Shown piece after piece: positions 1-8,625 of a stretch of DNA of 32,000 bases. The stretch covers positions 451,101 to 483,100 of the forward strand of contig OZ246409.1 in the NCBI GenBank assembly GCA_965231035.1, written 5' to 3'. This stretch comes from an uncultured Muribaculaceae bacterium. Its GTDB lineage: Bacteria; Pseudomonadota; Alphaproteobacteria; Rs-D84. The stretch's first letter is position 1, and every line of letters begins with the position of its first letter. The position numbers and the translations under genes were made by a program. The notes under the pieces are model-generated. The model had not been told where the DNA came from, made no database searches, and was given only the letters and a program-made list of their open reading frames with translations.

Positions 1-2
1 TA

Positions 3-326
3 TACGAAAATTGGGTTGTTCCTGGACACGTACGTGGCAAGAACTATAACAATGTATCATGTACTTGTAATGTAAAGAATCATGAATGGGACGAAGTTCG
101 CGAATGGATGTGGCAAAATCGTAATGAATACACAGGTATATCATTATTGCCTTATTCTGATGCAAATTATTTACAGGCCCCATTCGAAGATACAAATGAA
201 GAAGTCTACAAAGCATTTTCTGAAAATGTTTGTGAACTGCATTTGGAAAGAATCGAAGAAGAAAAGAATTTTGTTAACTTTGGTGCATCGGTTGCTTGTG
301 GTGGCGGCGGGTGTGAACTGGTATAA
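3..326 (+). CDS. C-terminal end of a probable class II (adenosylcobalamin-dependent, RTPR/NrdJ-like) ribonucleotide reductase; 5' part lies outside the window
   Basis: Frame 3 is open from the window edge to TAA at 324-326. The tail ...NFGASVACGGGGCELV carries a Cys-x4-Cys pair ending 3 residues before the C-terminus. As I recall, this is the geometry of the C-terminal redox dithiol of monomeric Lactobacillus-type RTPR. The next gene encodes an AdoCbl-forming adenosyltransferase. No alignment was run. Confidence 0.45.
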   Translation, partial: YENWVVPGHVRGKNYNNVSCTCNVKNHEWDEVREWMWQNRNEYTGISLLPYSDANYLQAPFEDTNEEVYKAFSENVCELHLERIEEEKNFVNFGASVACGGGGCELV

Positions 327-349
327 TATAAAATAGATAAAAGGGTTTT

Positions 350-892
350 GTGATGGCTCAGGTTACTACTAAATCAGGCGACACAGGAATGACTCAGCTG
401 AATCCGAACAGGATTGCCAGCAAGACCCACCCTGTAATTGAGATTCAGGGCGCTATTGATGAATTAAGTTGTGCTTTGGGATTATCTGGGGACAAATTTG
501 ATGGGATTCAAACATTCTTATCAGAACTTATGGGATACTTTTATTATAAAGCAATTGATGATCACCGTATAGCACAACAAATTTGGCAACTTGAAAATTA
601 TATTTTAACTCATAATAATTCTATTCCTCCTTTCTTTGTAAACCCTCGTGGATATATTTCATTGGCCAGATCTATTTGCAGACGTGCAGAAAGACGTGTT
701 GTAGAATTAATGGAATCCGAACGTAAATTACCTGAAATTGAAAGATATGGTATGAACCTGGCGCCAGTTATCCAATATTTAAACAGATTAAGTGATTATT
801 TATTTGTGAAAAGTTTTGAACGTGCCGCAGCCCAACCGACATTATTTAAAGATGATTTAACCGAGGTTGAACCCAAAGCTGCAGTGGCATAA
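350..892 (+). CDS. PduO-type ATP:cob(I)alamin adenosyltransferase
   Basis: N-terminal TKSGDTGMTQL...IEIQGAIDELSCALG and C-terminal RSICRRAERRVVEL...YLNRLSDYLFV match PduO-family signatures (TKTGDxGxT, DELN, CRRAER, YLNRLSDYLF). The track start is GTG 350; ATG 353 is equally possible. Confidence 0.85.
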   Translation: MMAQVTTKSGDTGMTQLNPNRIASKTHPVIEIQGAIDELSCALGLSGDKFDGIQTFLSELMGYFYYKAIDDHRIAQQIWQLENYILTHNNSIPPFFVNPRGYISLARSICRRAERRVVELMESERKLPEIERYGMNLAPVIQYLNRLSDYLFVKSFERAAAQPTLFKDDLTEVEPKAAVA

Positions 893-904
893 TCAGAGAA
901 TATA

Positions 905-930
905 TTGTCGGCATTTGCCGACATTTTTAT
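905..930 (+). terminator. Rho-independent terminator
   Basis: Perfect hairpin TGTCGGCA-T-TGCCGACA (907-923) followed by TTTTT (924-928), 15 nt after the stop codon. Confidence 0.8.
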
Positions 931-1039
931 TGAATTTTTCAAAATTATAATTTATAATCCGCATGTTATGAAAAAATATCTATATTCTATTAACTGTGCT
1001 TTATGCTCTATCTCATCCCCTTTGGGGATGTAATTTCTA

Positions 1040-1068
1040 TTGCGCGGACTTGCGCGCCAATCTATAAT
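1040..1068 (+). promoter_or_regulatory. Candidate sigma70-type promoter for serS
   Basis: TTGCGC (1040-1045), 17-nt spacer, TATAAT (1063-1068), 41 nt upstream of the serS ATG. The -35 hexamer is the first copy of a TTGCGCG-N3-TTGCGCG direct repeat. Confidence 0.4.
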
Positions 1069-1109
1069 CAGTCTATAAAATTATTAATTTAAACCCAAAA
1101 GGTATAAAT

Positions 1110-2390
1110 ATGTTGGATATTAAATTTATTCGAGAAAATGCGGACATTGTAAAGAATGCATGTCGTGTAAAAGGATTTACGGATTACACTGATGAAATTC
1201 TGAAACTGGATGTCCATGTTCGTGAGCTTAAAACAATTACACAAACAAAAACCGCTGAAAAAAATAAGATAACTAAGGGAATTCCAACCTCTGCTGACAA
1301 GGCTACACTGGTTGCAAAGTCCAAGGCAATCGGCGAAGAAATTGCCAAAGATATGGCTGAACTGGTCGATAAAGAATCTGTGCTTAACGACCTGTTACAT
1401 CGTGTTCCACAAATTCCACATTCAGATGTTCCGGTTGGCCCAGACGATAAATCAAACGTTGAAGTCAAACGTGTTGGAAAACCAAAAAAGACAGATTTTA
1501 CACCACGTGCTCAATGGGATTTATTGGATATGAACGGATGGTGGATGCCTGAAAAAATTGCAGAGATTTGCGGTACTCGCACATATTGTTTAATTGGCGA
1601 AGCCGCTGAATTAGATTTGGCAATTCAAACATTTGTTATTCAAAAATTAATTGCCAAGGGATTCAAATTTGTTCAATGCCCTGCTATGACTAAACCACAG
1701 TCTGTATTTGACGCTGGCCATTTTATGGGATCTGATTTGTCTGTTATGAATAATGATGTATTTATGCTGACTGATACAGACAGATGCCTAGCTGGCACAG
1801 CTGAAGTTGTCTTGAATTCACTGCATTCAAATGAAATCTTGCCGGAAAACGCATTACCAATAAAATATGCTGGTTATAGTGAATGCTTCCGCAAAGAAGC
1901 CGGTGCCGCAGGACGCGATACACGTGGACTTGTTCGTTTTCATGAATTTCACAAGGTTGAACAGTACGTTTATTGCAAACCAGAACAATCTGACGAAATG
2001 CACGAACATCTTTTGAATAATCTTTGCGAAGTTATGGATGACCTAGAATTGCCATATCGCGTTATTGCAAATTCAACAGGCGATATGGGATTTAACAAGG
2101 TCAAAATGCATGATGTCGAGGCATGGATTCCTTCGGAAAACATGTATCGTGAACTGGGCAGCTGCAGCAGTATTGGTGAATTCCAAGCACGCAGAACAAA
2201 TACCAGATATCGTGAAAATGGCACAAACGAAGTTAAATTCTGTGCGACATTGAATAACACTGGTATTGCCCTACCACGTGCAATTGTCCCAGTAATTGAA
2301 AATCATCAAAATGCTGATGGTTCAGTAAATATTCCAAAAAAATTGCAACCATTGATGGGTGGTCGCAAAAAAATCGGCAGTAAGAACTAA
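1110..2390 (+). CDS. serS: Seryl-tRNA synthetase
   Basis: Full-length 426-aa ORF. Has the N-terminal MLDIKFIRENxDxV coiled-coil arm and class II core motifs (FRKEAGAAGRDTRGLVRFHEFHKVE; TLNNTGIALPRAIVPVIENHQ). SD-like AAGG lies 8 nt upstream. Confidence 0.95.
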   Translation: MLDIKFIRENADIVKNACRVKGFTDYTDEILKLDVHVRELKTITQTKTAEKNKITKGIPTSADKATLVAKSKAIGEEIAKDMAELVDKESVLNDLLHRVPQIPHSDVPVGPDDKSNVEVKRVGKPKKTDFTPRAQWDLLDMNGWWMPEKIAEICGTRTYCLIGEAAELDLAIQTFVIQKLIAKGFKFVQCPAMTKPQSVFDAGHFMGSDLSVMNNDVFMLTDTDRCLAGTAEVVLNSLHSNEILPENALPIKYAGYSECFRKEAGAAGRDTRGLVRFHEFHKVEQYVYCKPEQSDEMHEHLLNNLCEVMDDLELPYRVIANSTGDMGFNKVKMHDVEAWIPSENMYRELGSCSSIGEFQARRTNTRYRENGTNEVKFCATLNNTGIALPRAIVPVIENHQNADGSVNIPKKLQPLMGGRKKIGSKN

Positions 2391-2398
2391 AAATAAAA

Positions 2399-2424
2399 AA
2401 TCCGGCAACCGCCGGATTTTTTAA
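2399..2424 (+). terminator. Rho-independent terminator
   Basis: TCCGGC-AACC-GCCGGA hairpin (2401-2416) followed by TTTTTT (2417-2422), immediately after the serS stop. Confidence 0.85.
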
Positions 2425-2433
2425 TACCTTTGC

Positions 2434-2462
2434 TTGAAACCGCCATTTTTATGGTATATAAT
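2434..2462 (+). promoter_or_regulatory. Candidate sigma70-type promoter for typA and the downstream glycosyltransferase genes
   Basis: TTGAAA (2434-2439), 17-nt spacer, consensus TATAAT (2457-2462), 30 nt upstream of the typA ATG. Confidence 0.55.
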
Positions 2463-2492
2463 CCAAAGATTGGTAAATAAAGGTTTAAAAAT

Positions 2493-4328
2493 ATGAAAAT
2501 TAGAAATATCGCAATTATAGCGCACGTTGACCATGGCAAGACTACTCTGGTTGATAATATGTTAAAGCAAGCCGGGACTTTCCGTGAAAACGAACGCATC
2601 ATGGAACGCATGATGGACAGCGGCGATTTGGAACGTGAGCGCGGTATTACTATTTCTGCAAAGCCTACTTCTATTCAATGGCATGAATACAAAATCAATA
2701 TTGTTGATACCCCTGGACATGCAGACTTTGGTGGCGAAGTTGAACGTATTCTGTCAATGGTTGACGGTGTGGTATTACTGGTGGATTCTGCCGAAGGCCC
2801 ATTGCCACAAACTAAATTCGTACTGGGCAAAGCTTTAAAACTGGGATTGCGCCCTATTGTATGTATTAACAAAATTGACCGCAGTGACGCCCGTCCAGAT
2901 GAAGTCCTGTCAGAAACTTTTGATCTGTTTGATAAATTAGGCGCAAATGACAACCAACTAGATTTCCCTTATGTTTACGCAGTTGGACGTGATGGTTGGG
3001 CAATTCGAAATCTTAATGATGAACGCAAAGATTTAACACCTTTGTTCCAGTTAATAATTGACCATGTACCTTCACCTGATTGTGGTGGTACACGTTGTCA
3101 ATTGAATGCTCCTTTTAAAATGTTGGCAACTACACTTGAAGCTGATCCATACGTTGGAAGAATTCTGACCGGCAAAATTGAATCTGGAAATGTTCGGGTT
3201 GGACAACCTGTGAAGGCAATCCACATGAACGGTCAGGTTATTGAACAAGCAAAAATCACAAAAATTATCGAACATCGCGGAATTGAAAAAGTATCTTTGG
3301 ATACTGCCAGTGCTGGTGACATCGTGGTTATTGCAGGATTCTCCAAGGCAACAGTGGCTGATACATTGTGCGATCTGTCCGTAACAGATCCAATTCCAGC
3401 AATGCCAATTGATCCACCAACATTGACTATGACATTCTTTGTTAACACTTCCCCATTGGCTGGACGTTCGGGTGGTAAAAAATTAACTTCTCGTATGATC
3501 GGTGAAAGATTATTTCGTGAAGCTGAAACAAACATTGCATTAAAGGTTACCCAAAGTTCAAACAACGAGGCATTCGAGGTTTCAGGTCGCGGTGAATTAC
3601 AACTGGGAATTTTAATTGAAACAATGCGCCGTGAAGGTTTTGAGTTATCTGTATCACGCCCGCGTGTTGTTATGCAAACTGCTGCGGATGAAACAATGTT
3701 AGAACCAATCGAAGATGTTGTAATTGATGTTGATGATGAATTCAGTGGTGTTGTGATTGAAAAAATGACCAAGCGCAAGGCTACTATTACAGAAATGAAA
3801 CCATCGGGTATCGGTAAAACAAGAATTGTATTTTCAGCACCATCACGTGGATTAATTGGTTATCTTTCTGAATTCAGAACAGATACTCGTGGCACCGGAA
3901 TTATGAACCGTATATTTGCTGAATATTCACCATATCGTGGTCCTATTGAACAATACAGACCAGGTGTTTTAGTTTCTATGGAAAATGGGGTTGCTGCAAC
4001 ATATGCTTTGTTTAATTTACAACCACGCGGAACATTGTTTATCGGCCCACAAACCCAGGTATACAATGGAATGATTATTGGTGAACATACCAAAGAAAAT
4101 GACTTGGAAGTTAATCCAATCAAGGGTAAAGAACTGACAAATATGCGTTCGGTAACTGCTGATGAAAAACTGTTCTTGGCACCACCAAGAAAAATGTCAT
4201 TGGAAGAAGCATTGTCATATATTCAAGACGATGAATTAGTAGAAGTTACTCCAAATATAATCCGCCTGCGCAAAAAAGAATTAGACACTAATTCAAGAAA
4301 AAAGGCAAAGCGAAGCAATGAAAACTAA
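2493..4328 (+). CDS. typA: Translational GTPase TypA/BipA
   Basis: 611 aa. MKIRNIAIIAHVDHGKTTLVD G1 motif, DTPGHADFGGEVER G3, NKIDR G4, and the BipA-specific C-terminal region ending ...VEVTPNIIRLRKKELD. Confidence 0.95.
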   Translation: MKIRNIAIIAHVDHGKTTLVDNMLKQAGTFRENERIMERMMDSGDLERERGITISAKPTSIQWHEYKINIVDTPGHADFGGEVERILSMVDGVVLLVDSAEGPLPQTKFVLGKALKLGLRPIVCINKIDRSDARPDEVLSETFDLFDKLGANDNQLDFPYVYAVGRDGWAIRNLNDERKDLTPLFQLIIDHVPSPDCGGTRCQLNAPFKMLATTLEADPYVGRILTGKIESGNVRVGQPVKAIHMNGQVIEQAKITKIIEHRGIEKVSLDTASAGDIVVIAGFSKATVADTLCDLSVTDPIPAMPIDPPTLTMTFFVNTSPLAGRSGGKKLTSRMIGERLFREAETNIALKVTQSSNNEAFEVSGRGELQLGILIETMRREGFELSVSRPRVVMQTAADETMLEPIEDVVIDVDDEFSGVVIEKMTKRKATITEMKPSGIGKTRIVFSAPSRGLIGYLSEFRTDTRGTGIMNRIFAEYSPYRGPIEQYRPGVLVSMENGVAATYALFNLQPRGTLFIGPQTQVYNGMIIGEHTKENDLEVNPIKGKELTNMRSVTADEKLFLAPPRKMSLEEALSYIQDDELVEVTPNIIRLRKKELDTNSRKKAKRSNEN

Positions 4329-5193
4329 ACGTTTATTCATATTTGCTGCTTTTGATACAAAAAATTATATCCAGAAAATTTCTGGGGAGCCTGTTGTCGA
4401 TGATTCACTGATTATGTATGTTCGGGCATTGTCCGAGCTTGGTGACGTTGTTTTATATATGGATAACAATACGTCTGAATCAGAATTAAATAAATTAAAA
4501 CCATACACGCTGTATGCAGGCGCGTCCGCCCACGGCGAATACGATTTTGGCAGTTACAAGCGTGCATACTTATGGGCAAAATCTAATTTAAATTTATCTG
4601 ATTATGATTGGATTTATCTGGCAAATGATTCTATGTACGCCCCCTTGCACCCGTTAAGACCTGTTTTGGAAAACCTTGAATCCAGAAATAAAAATGCCAG
4701 TGGAATTGTGTTTAATGCACACAAAAGAAAACCACATTTGCAATCTTGGTTTTTAGGCATGTCGCCAAAAGTATTTTTATCCCATGATTTTGATTCTTTT
4801 ATTACCAGTGTTGAAAAACAAAAAGATAAAGGTTTGGTAACTTACCTTTATGAACAAGGCTTTACCAGAATGCTTAAAAAGAATAACTGGTCTTATTCTT
4901 ATTTATATTCTGTAACACATCATGCCGTGTACAACAGTATCAGAAAATTGTTTAAACGCGGTATGCCATTTATGAAAAAAACTGCATTTACAAGACACCT
5001 TGGATCACTGGGTGACCAGGTTTTGTACGTACTGGAACATATAGATCCAAAATCCAGGGACATTCTATTAAATGATGCTAGACGTGTTTATTGCGACAAA
5101 GATATTGATAAAATATTAACAAAAAATATTTTCAAAATTGGATATAGAAAAATTAAATACACATTGCGAAAATTATTTATTGAAGGTATATAA
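4318..5193 (+). CDS. Rhamnan-synthesis-F (RgpF)-like glycosyltransferase family protein
   Basis: 291 aa. HGEYDFGSYK...WIYLANDSMYAPL...HLQSWFLGM...YEQGFTRML follows the N-G-x-DFG-W / NDS-x-GP / HLQSYF pattern I associate with RgpF-like proteins. The start overlaps the typA stop by 11 nt. No HMM was run. Confidence 0.5.
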   Translation: MKTKRLFIFAAFDTKNYIQKISGEPVVDDSLIMYVRALSELGDVVLYMDNNTSESELNKLKPYTLYAGASAHGEYDFGSYKRAYLWAKSNLNLSDYDWIYLANDSMYAPLHPLRPVLENLESRNKNASGIVFNAHKRKPHLQSWFLGMSPKVFLSHDFDSFITSVEKQKDKGLVTYLYEQGFTRMLKKNNWSYSYLYSVTHHAVYNSIRKLFKRGMPFMKKTAFTRHLGSLGDQVLYVLEHIDPKSRDILLNDARRVYCDKDIDKILTKNIFKIGYRKIKYTLRKLFIEGI

Positions 5194-5194
5194 A

Positions 5195-6031
5195 ATGATA
5201 AAAAAAATAGCCGTTATAACCATGGCCAGAAATGATGCATTCTTTCTTGGACGTTGGATTGAATACTATGGGCGAGAACTGGGCAAAGAAAACCTGTATG
5301 TTTTTCTGGATGGGCTTGATCAGGCTGTACCTTTGAATGCTGGGAAAACTAATATCATAAAACTTGAACATCATGATTTATCCAGACTGGATTTTGACAA
5401 ACATAAATCATCAACAATATCAAAAATAGCACATGATTTATTTTCTAAGGGGTATGATATTGTTATTGGAACAGACAGCGATGAATTTTTAATTGTTGAC
5501 CCAAAAACAAAAAAATCACTTGTACAATATTTGTCCGAACAAAAAATCAAAACACCTTTGTCTGGCTTGGGAATGGATGTTGGTCAAGATTTGAACCAAG
5601 AAGACCAATTAGATCCAGAAAAACCTTTTCTGACACAACGTGGTTTTGCATTGTTGTCTACCAGATACACAAAACCGGTTGTTATTTCAAAACCTGCACG
5701 TTGGGGACGTGGATTTCATTGTGTAAAGGGGCATAATTTCAAAATTGATAAGAATTTATATCTGTTGCATTTTGGTAGTGTGGATTATGAAATGGTTCGT
5801 GCCAAGATTGGTGGCAATCGTGATTCTAATTGGAATAAACACGTTATGCGGCGTAGTGCTGGGGCAATATTTACTATTACTAAAAAGAAAAACCGATCCG
5901 AAAAAAATATTAATCTGGCCAGAACTTTGCAAACATTTTTACGCCCCATATACGCCTGGAACAAGCCTGCTATGTTTGGGCTGAAACTAGTTACAAAAAT
6001 CCCTGAAAGATTTAAAGGAACAAAAATATGA
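5195..6031 (+). CDS. Glycosyltransferase, GT2-like (Glyco_tranf_2_4-type)
   Basis: MIKKIAVITMARNDAFFLGRWIEYYGRELGKENLYVFLDGLDQ and GTDSDEFLIV (DxDE) resemble stand-alone GT2-like enzymes. I chose ATG 5195, one nt after the upstream TAA (5191-5193), rather than the track's 5138, which overlaps the preceding gene by 56 nt. Confidence 0.55.
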   Translation: MIKKIAVITMARNDAFFLGRWIEYYGRELGKENLYVFLDGLDQAVPLNAGKTNIIKLEHHDLSRLDFDKHKSSTISKIAHDLFSKGYDIVIGTDSDEFLIVDPKTKKSLVQYLSEQKIKTPLSGLGMDVGQDLNQEDQLDPEKPFLTQRGFALLSTRYTKPVVISKPARWGRGFHCVKGHNFKIDKNLYLLHFGSVDYEMVRAKIGGNRDSNWNKHVMRRSAGAIFTITKKKNRSEKNINLARTLQTFLRPIYAWNKPAMFGLKLVTKIPERFKGTKI

Positions 6032-6930
6032 CAATAAAAACAAAAATTTTCAGATTTTTTTATTTTGTATTAAGAATGATTGTTCGTATCCCTGAATTGT
6101 TCGGGGTTAAAACCAGAATGCATGAAAATACTATTGCCAGATGGCTGGTGCCAATGTATATCAAAAAAAATTTTGTGCCTTTGATAAAGGATCTGCCAGA
6201 ACAAAAACCTGTGCGTACAAACCCCGAAACAATTTGGCAATTCTGGACACCAAACAAGGTTTTTGGAACACCAGATGTTGTCAAGGCATGCATGAATACC
6301 GTTGAAAAACATCGTGGTGAAAAAAAACATATTATTTTGAACAACGATAATTTATCAGATTTTACAGATTTGCCAGGGTTTGTGTATGATAGGTTTAAAT
6401 CTGGAGATATGTGGCCTGCACATTTTACAGATATCGTCAGATTAGAAGCTTTGCATAAAAATGGTGGAATTTGGATGGACGCAACCAATTATATGACTGC
6501 ACCAATCCCAGAATATATTGATTCATTACCATTCTTTATTTTCCATGCAATTTCCGAAGGCAGTCCATATTCATTAATCCAAAACTGTTTTATCAAAGCA
6601 GACAAAGGTGCTTTTTTATTAGATGGTTGGCTGGCTTTGATTTTGGAATATTGGAAAAAAGAAAATAAAAAAATTGATTATTTCCAGCATCAATTAATGT
6701 TCAAAGCTCTTATCCAGGGCGATGCACGTGCTGCAAAGCTGTATTCAGAAATGCCCGTTATTGATCAAAAAGAAACGCACCAGTTATCGCTTGAAAAAAT
6801 GCTGGCACCATTTGATGAAAAACGCTGGGCAGAAATTTCTGCGGGCAGTTTCTTTCAAAAGCTACGTTATCAATTCAAAGAAATTCCATCTGGGTCATAT
6901 CTGGATGTTTTAACCAAGGCTGCACTATGA
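6028..6930 (+). CDS. Capsular-polysaccharide-synthesis-type glycosyltransferase (Caps_synth / Gly_transf_sug-like), paralog 1
   Basis: 300 aa. IWQFWTPN...VKACMNTVEKH...AHFTDIVRLEALHKNGGIWMDATNYM matches the WQ(Y/F)W ... SD(I/L)xRxxLLxxxGG(I/V)WxDAT signature. ATGA overlaps at both ends. Confidence 0.55.
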   Translation: MTIKTKIFRFFYFVLRMIVRIPELFGVKTRMHENTIARWLVPMYIKKNFVPLIKDLPEQKPVRTNPETIWQFWTPNKVFGTPDVVKACMNTVEKHRGEKKHIILNNDNLSDFTDLPGFVYDRFKSGDMWPAHFTDIVRLEALHKNGGIWMDATNYMTAPIPEYIDSLPFFIFHAISEGSPYSLIQNCFIKADKGAFLLDGWLALILEYWKKENKKIDYFQHQLMFKALIQGDARAAKLYSEMPVIDQKETHQLSLEKMLAPFDEKRWAEISAGSFFQKLRYQFKEIPSGSYLDVLTKAAL

Positions 6931-7832
6931 GATTATGGCGAATTTATGTTCAAACAAAAATATCTGCTTCGGTTGCATTATTGCAATGGCCGCGTCTTTT
7001 TGGAAAATGGACCAAGAAATACATTGGGGAAAATCCCCGAGGAAAAGTTTTAGTTCGTGAATTCGAAAAAAAATTCGTCCAAAAAATAAAAGACTTCAAT
7101 TTTGAGAAAACACCTGGAAAGTCTGCCGAAATCTTGTGGCAGTTTTGGACACCAAACAAGGTGTTAGGAACCCCAGATATTATCAAAGCATGCATAAATA
7201 CTGTCGAAAAGCACAAAGGCGATTTACAACATATTTTAGTTGATATAAAAACAATCCAAAACTATGCCGAATTACCAGGGTTTATTTATGACCTGTATAA
7301 TAGTGGAAAAATGAAACCTGCACATCTTGCTGATTTACTGCGTATAGAATTGCTACATAATCATGGTGGAATTTGGTTGGATGCAACTGGATATATGACT
7401 GCGGAGGTTCCAAAAAAGATTCGTGATTTGGATTTCTTTATGTTTCATGTTATGCGTAATGGTAAACCTGTTGTGCCATATATGCAAAATTGCTTTATTC
7501 GTGCCGATAAAAATTCACCACTGTTAAATGGCTGGCGCGAATTATGTTTGGAATATTGGAAAAATAATGATTTTGCTGTTGAATATTTCGTGCATCAAAT
7601 AATGTTTTATTCGATGGTAAAGAAAGATTCTGAAATGGCAAAATTGTATGCAAAAATGCCCCTGGTCGACCAAAAAGAAACTCATCACTACGCTGGTCGT
7701 ATGTCGGCAAAGTTTGACATGAATGAATTTGAAAAAATATCCCAAACAAGTTTCTTTCAGAAATTATTCTATAAACCCGAAGGCGTGGTAACTCCAGAAA
7801 GCAATATTGTAAAGCTGGCAGAAATTATTTAA
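6927..7832 (+). CDS. Capsular-polysaccharide-synthesis-type glycosyltransferase, paralog 2 (tandem duplicate)
   Basis: 301 aa, collinear with the preceding ORF along its whole length (ILWQFWTPNKVLGTPDIIKACINTVEKH...AHLADLLRIELLHNHGGIWLDATGYM...MPLVDQKETH). Confidence 0.55.
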   Translation: MRLWRIYVQTKISASVALLQWPRLFGKWTKKYIGENPRGKVLVREFEKKFVQKIKDFNFEKTPGKSAEILWQFWTPNKVLGTPDIIKACINTVEKHKGDLQHILVDIKTIQNYAELPGFIYDLYNSGKMKPAHLADLLRIELLHNHGGIWLDATGYMTAEVPKKIRDLDFFMFHVMRNGKPVVPYMQNCFIRADKNSPLLNGWRELCLEYWKNNDFAVEYFVHQIMFYSMVKKDSEMAKLYAKMPLVDQKETHHYAGRMSAKFDMNEFEKISQTSFFQKLFYKPEGVVTPESNIVKLAEII

Positions 7833-8625
7833 AAAATTTTCCAATTATCGGTGTTTTTCTAAGTTTTCTTGTACGCCAATGCCAAATCAATCCATTTTGC
7901 TTTGCAAACTCGCGGCGAATCTTTCGTCCAACTTTGCAGCTGTCTTTCATTTTTTTGCGACGAATTGGATCGCGGCTATTCAAAATAGAATCTTCATTGA
8001 ATTTATAGTGATATAAAACCTTTGGCACAGAAACTATGCGATTAGCAATCTTTACAGCACGCAAAACAAATTTTGATTCTTCTTGCGCTATCATTTCTGA
8101 AGAGAAAAATAATTTATTTTTTAATATAAAATCTTTTTTAAACAAATAACGCCAAATATATAAATCAACCAATACATTTGACCCTTTGATTTTATCTTTC
8201 ACACTGGTAAATATTTTGGATTCTTTGTATTCAAAACTGGGTGTGTATTTGTTTTCGCTTAAGAAACCACTTGCCGACATATCAGCCTTGGCATATTCAG
8301 AGGCAGATAACATAACTTCATAAAAATCAGGATCAATTAAATCATCAGAATCCATAAAATGAATATAATCCCCATTAGCCATTTTTATTCCAACATTCCT
8401 GGCCGCACCAGCACCAGCGTTTTTTTGGCTAAAAACTATAATATTTTTATACTTTTTTTGATATTTACGCAGTATTTCAATTGAATTATCTGGACTGCCA
8501 TCTTCGATGCATATTATTTCCAAATTTTTATAAGTTTGACCAAGAATACAATCCAAAGTGCGTGCCAAATACTTTTCCACTCTATATACTGGCATTATAA
8601 CTGAAATCAGCGGTGCTTTTTTCAT
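7825..8625 (-). CDS. Family 2 glycosyltransferase
   Basis: 266 aa. LISVIMPVYRVEKYLARTLDCILGQTYKNLEIICIEDGSPDNS and HFMDSDDLIDP are the classic GT2 N-terminal fold and DxD motifs. The ATG overlaps the recA stop (TAATG). Confidence 0.85.
   Translation of the reverse strand: MKKAPLISVIMPVYRVEKYLARTLDCILGQTYKNLEIICIEDGSPDNSIEILRKYQKKYKNIIVFSQKNAGAGAARNVGIKMANGDYIHFMDSDDLIDPDFYEVMLSASEYAKADMSASGFLSENKYTPSFEYKESKIFTSVKDKIKGSNVLVDLYIWRYLFKKDFILKNKLFFSSEMIAQEESKFVLRAVKIANRIVSVPKVLYHYKFNEDSILNSRDPIRRKKMKDSCKVGRKIRREFAKQNGLIWHWRTRKLRKTPIIGKFFK

Noticed and set aside
82-336. 84-aa ORF in an alternative frame at the left edge.
   Set aside because: It overlaps the frame-3 ORF that is open to the window edge and has a meaningful RNR-like C-terminal tail. 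The alternative frame gives a low-complexity product.
968-1033. 21-codon upstream ORF (MKKYLYSINCALCSISSPLGM) with four Ser codons. Its end overlaps a perfect hairpin, CATCCCC-TTT-GGGGATG (1014-1030), upstream of serS. I considered it as a Ser-sensing attenuator or leader peptide.
   Set aside because: The Ser codons are not a strong consecutive run. The hairpin lacks a clean U-tract. The best serS promoter candidate (1040-1068) lies downstream of the ORF, so the ORF would not be in the serS leader. I cannot support a regulatory role from sequence alone.
1040-1056. GC-rich direct repeat TTGCGCG-GAC-TTGCGCG in an otherwise AT-rich intergenic region.
   Set aside because: It could be a regulator binding site, but there is only one occurrence in the window and it coincides with the predicted -35 hexamer. 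There is not enough evidence to call anything beyond the promoter.
3233-3778. 181-aa ORF antisense to typA, and similar long antisense ORFs at 1184-1468, 2675-2953, 6060-6488, 13222-13581, 16159-16557, 17639-18076, 23902-24324 and 25371-25763.
   Set aside because: Each lies entirely inside a confidently identified gene on the other strand. Their compositions are skewed and low-complexity (Ser/Ile/Thr-rich), and none has a recognisable motif or SD. They are typical shadow ORFs.
5138-5194. N-terminal extensions proposed by the ORF track for the GT2-like gene (5138) and for xth (18245), and the 68-aa ORF at 18172-18378.
   Set aside because: The extensions overlap the preceding gene or lie in promoter-like intergenic DNA. 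Family-typical N-termini begin at ATG 5195 (MIKKIAVITM) and ATG 18302 (MKILTLNINS).
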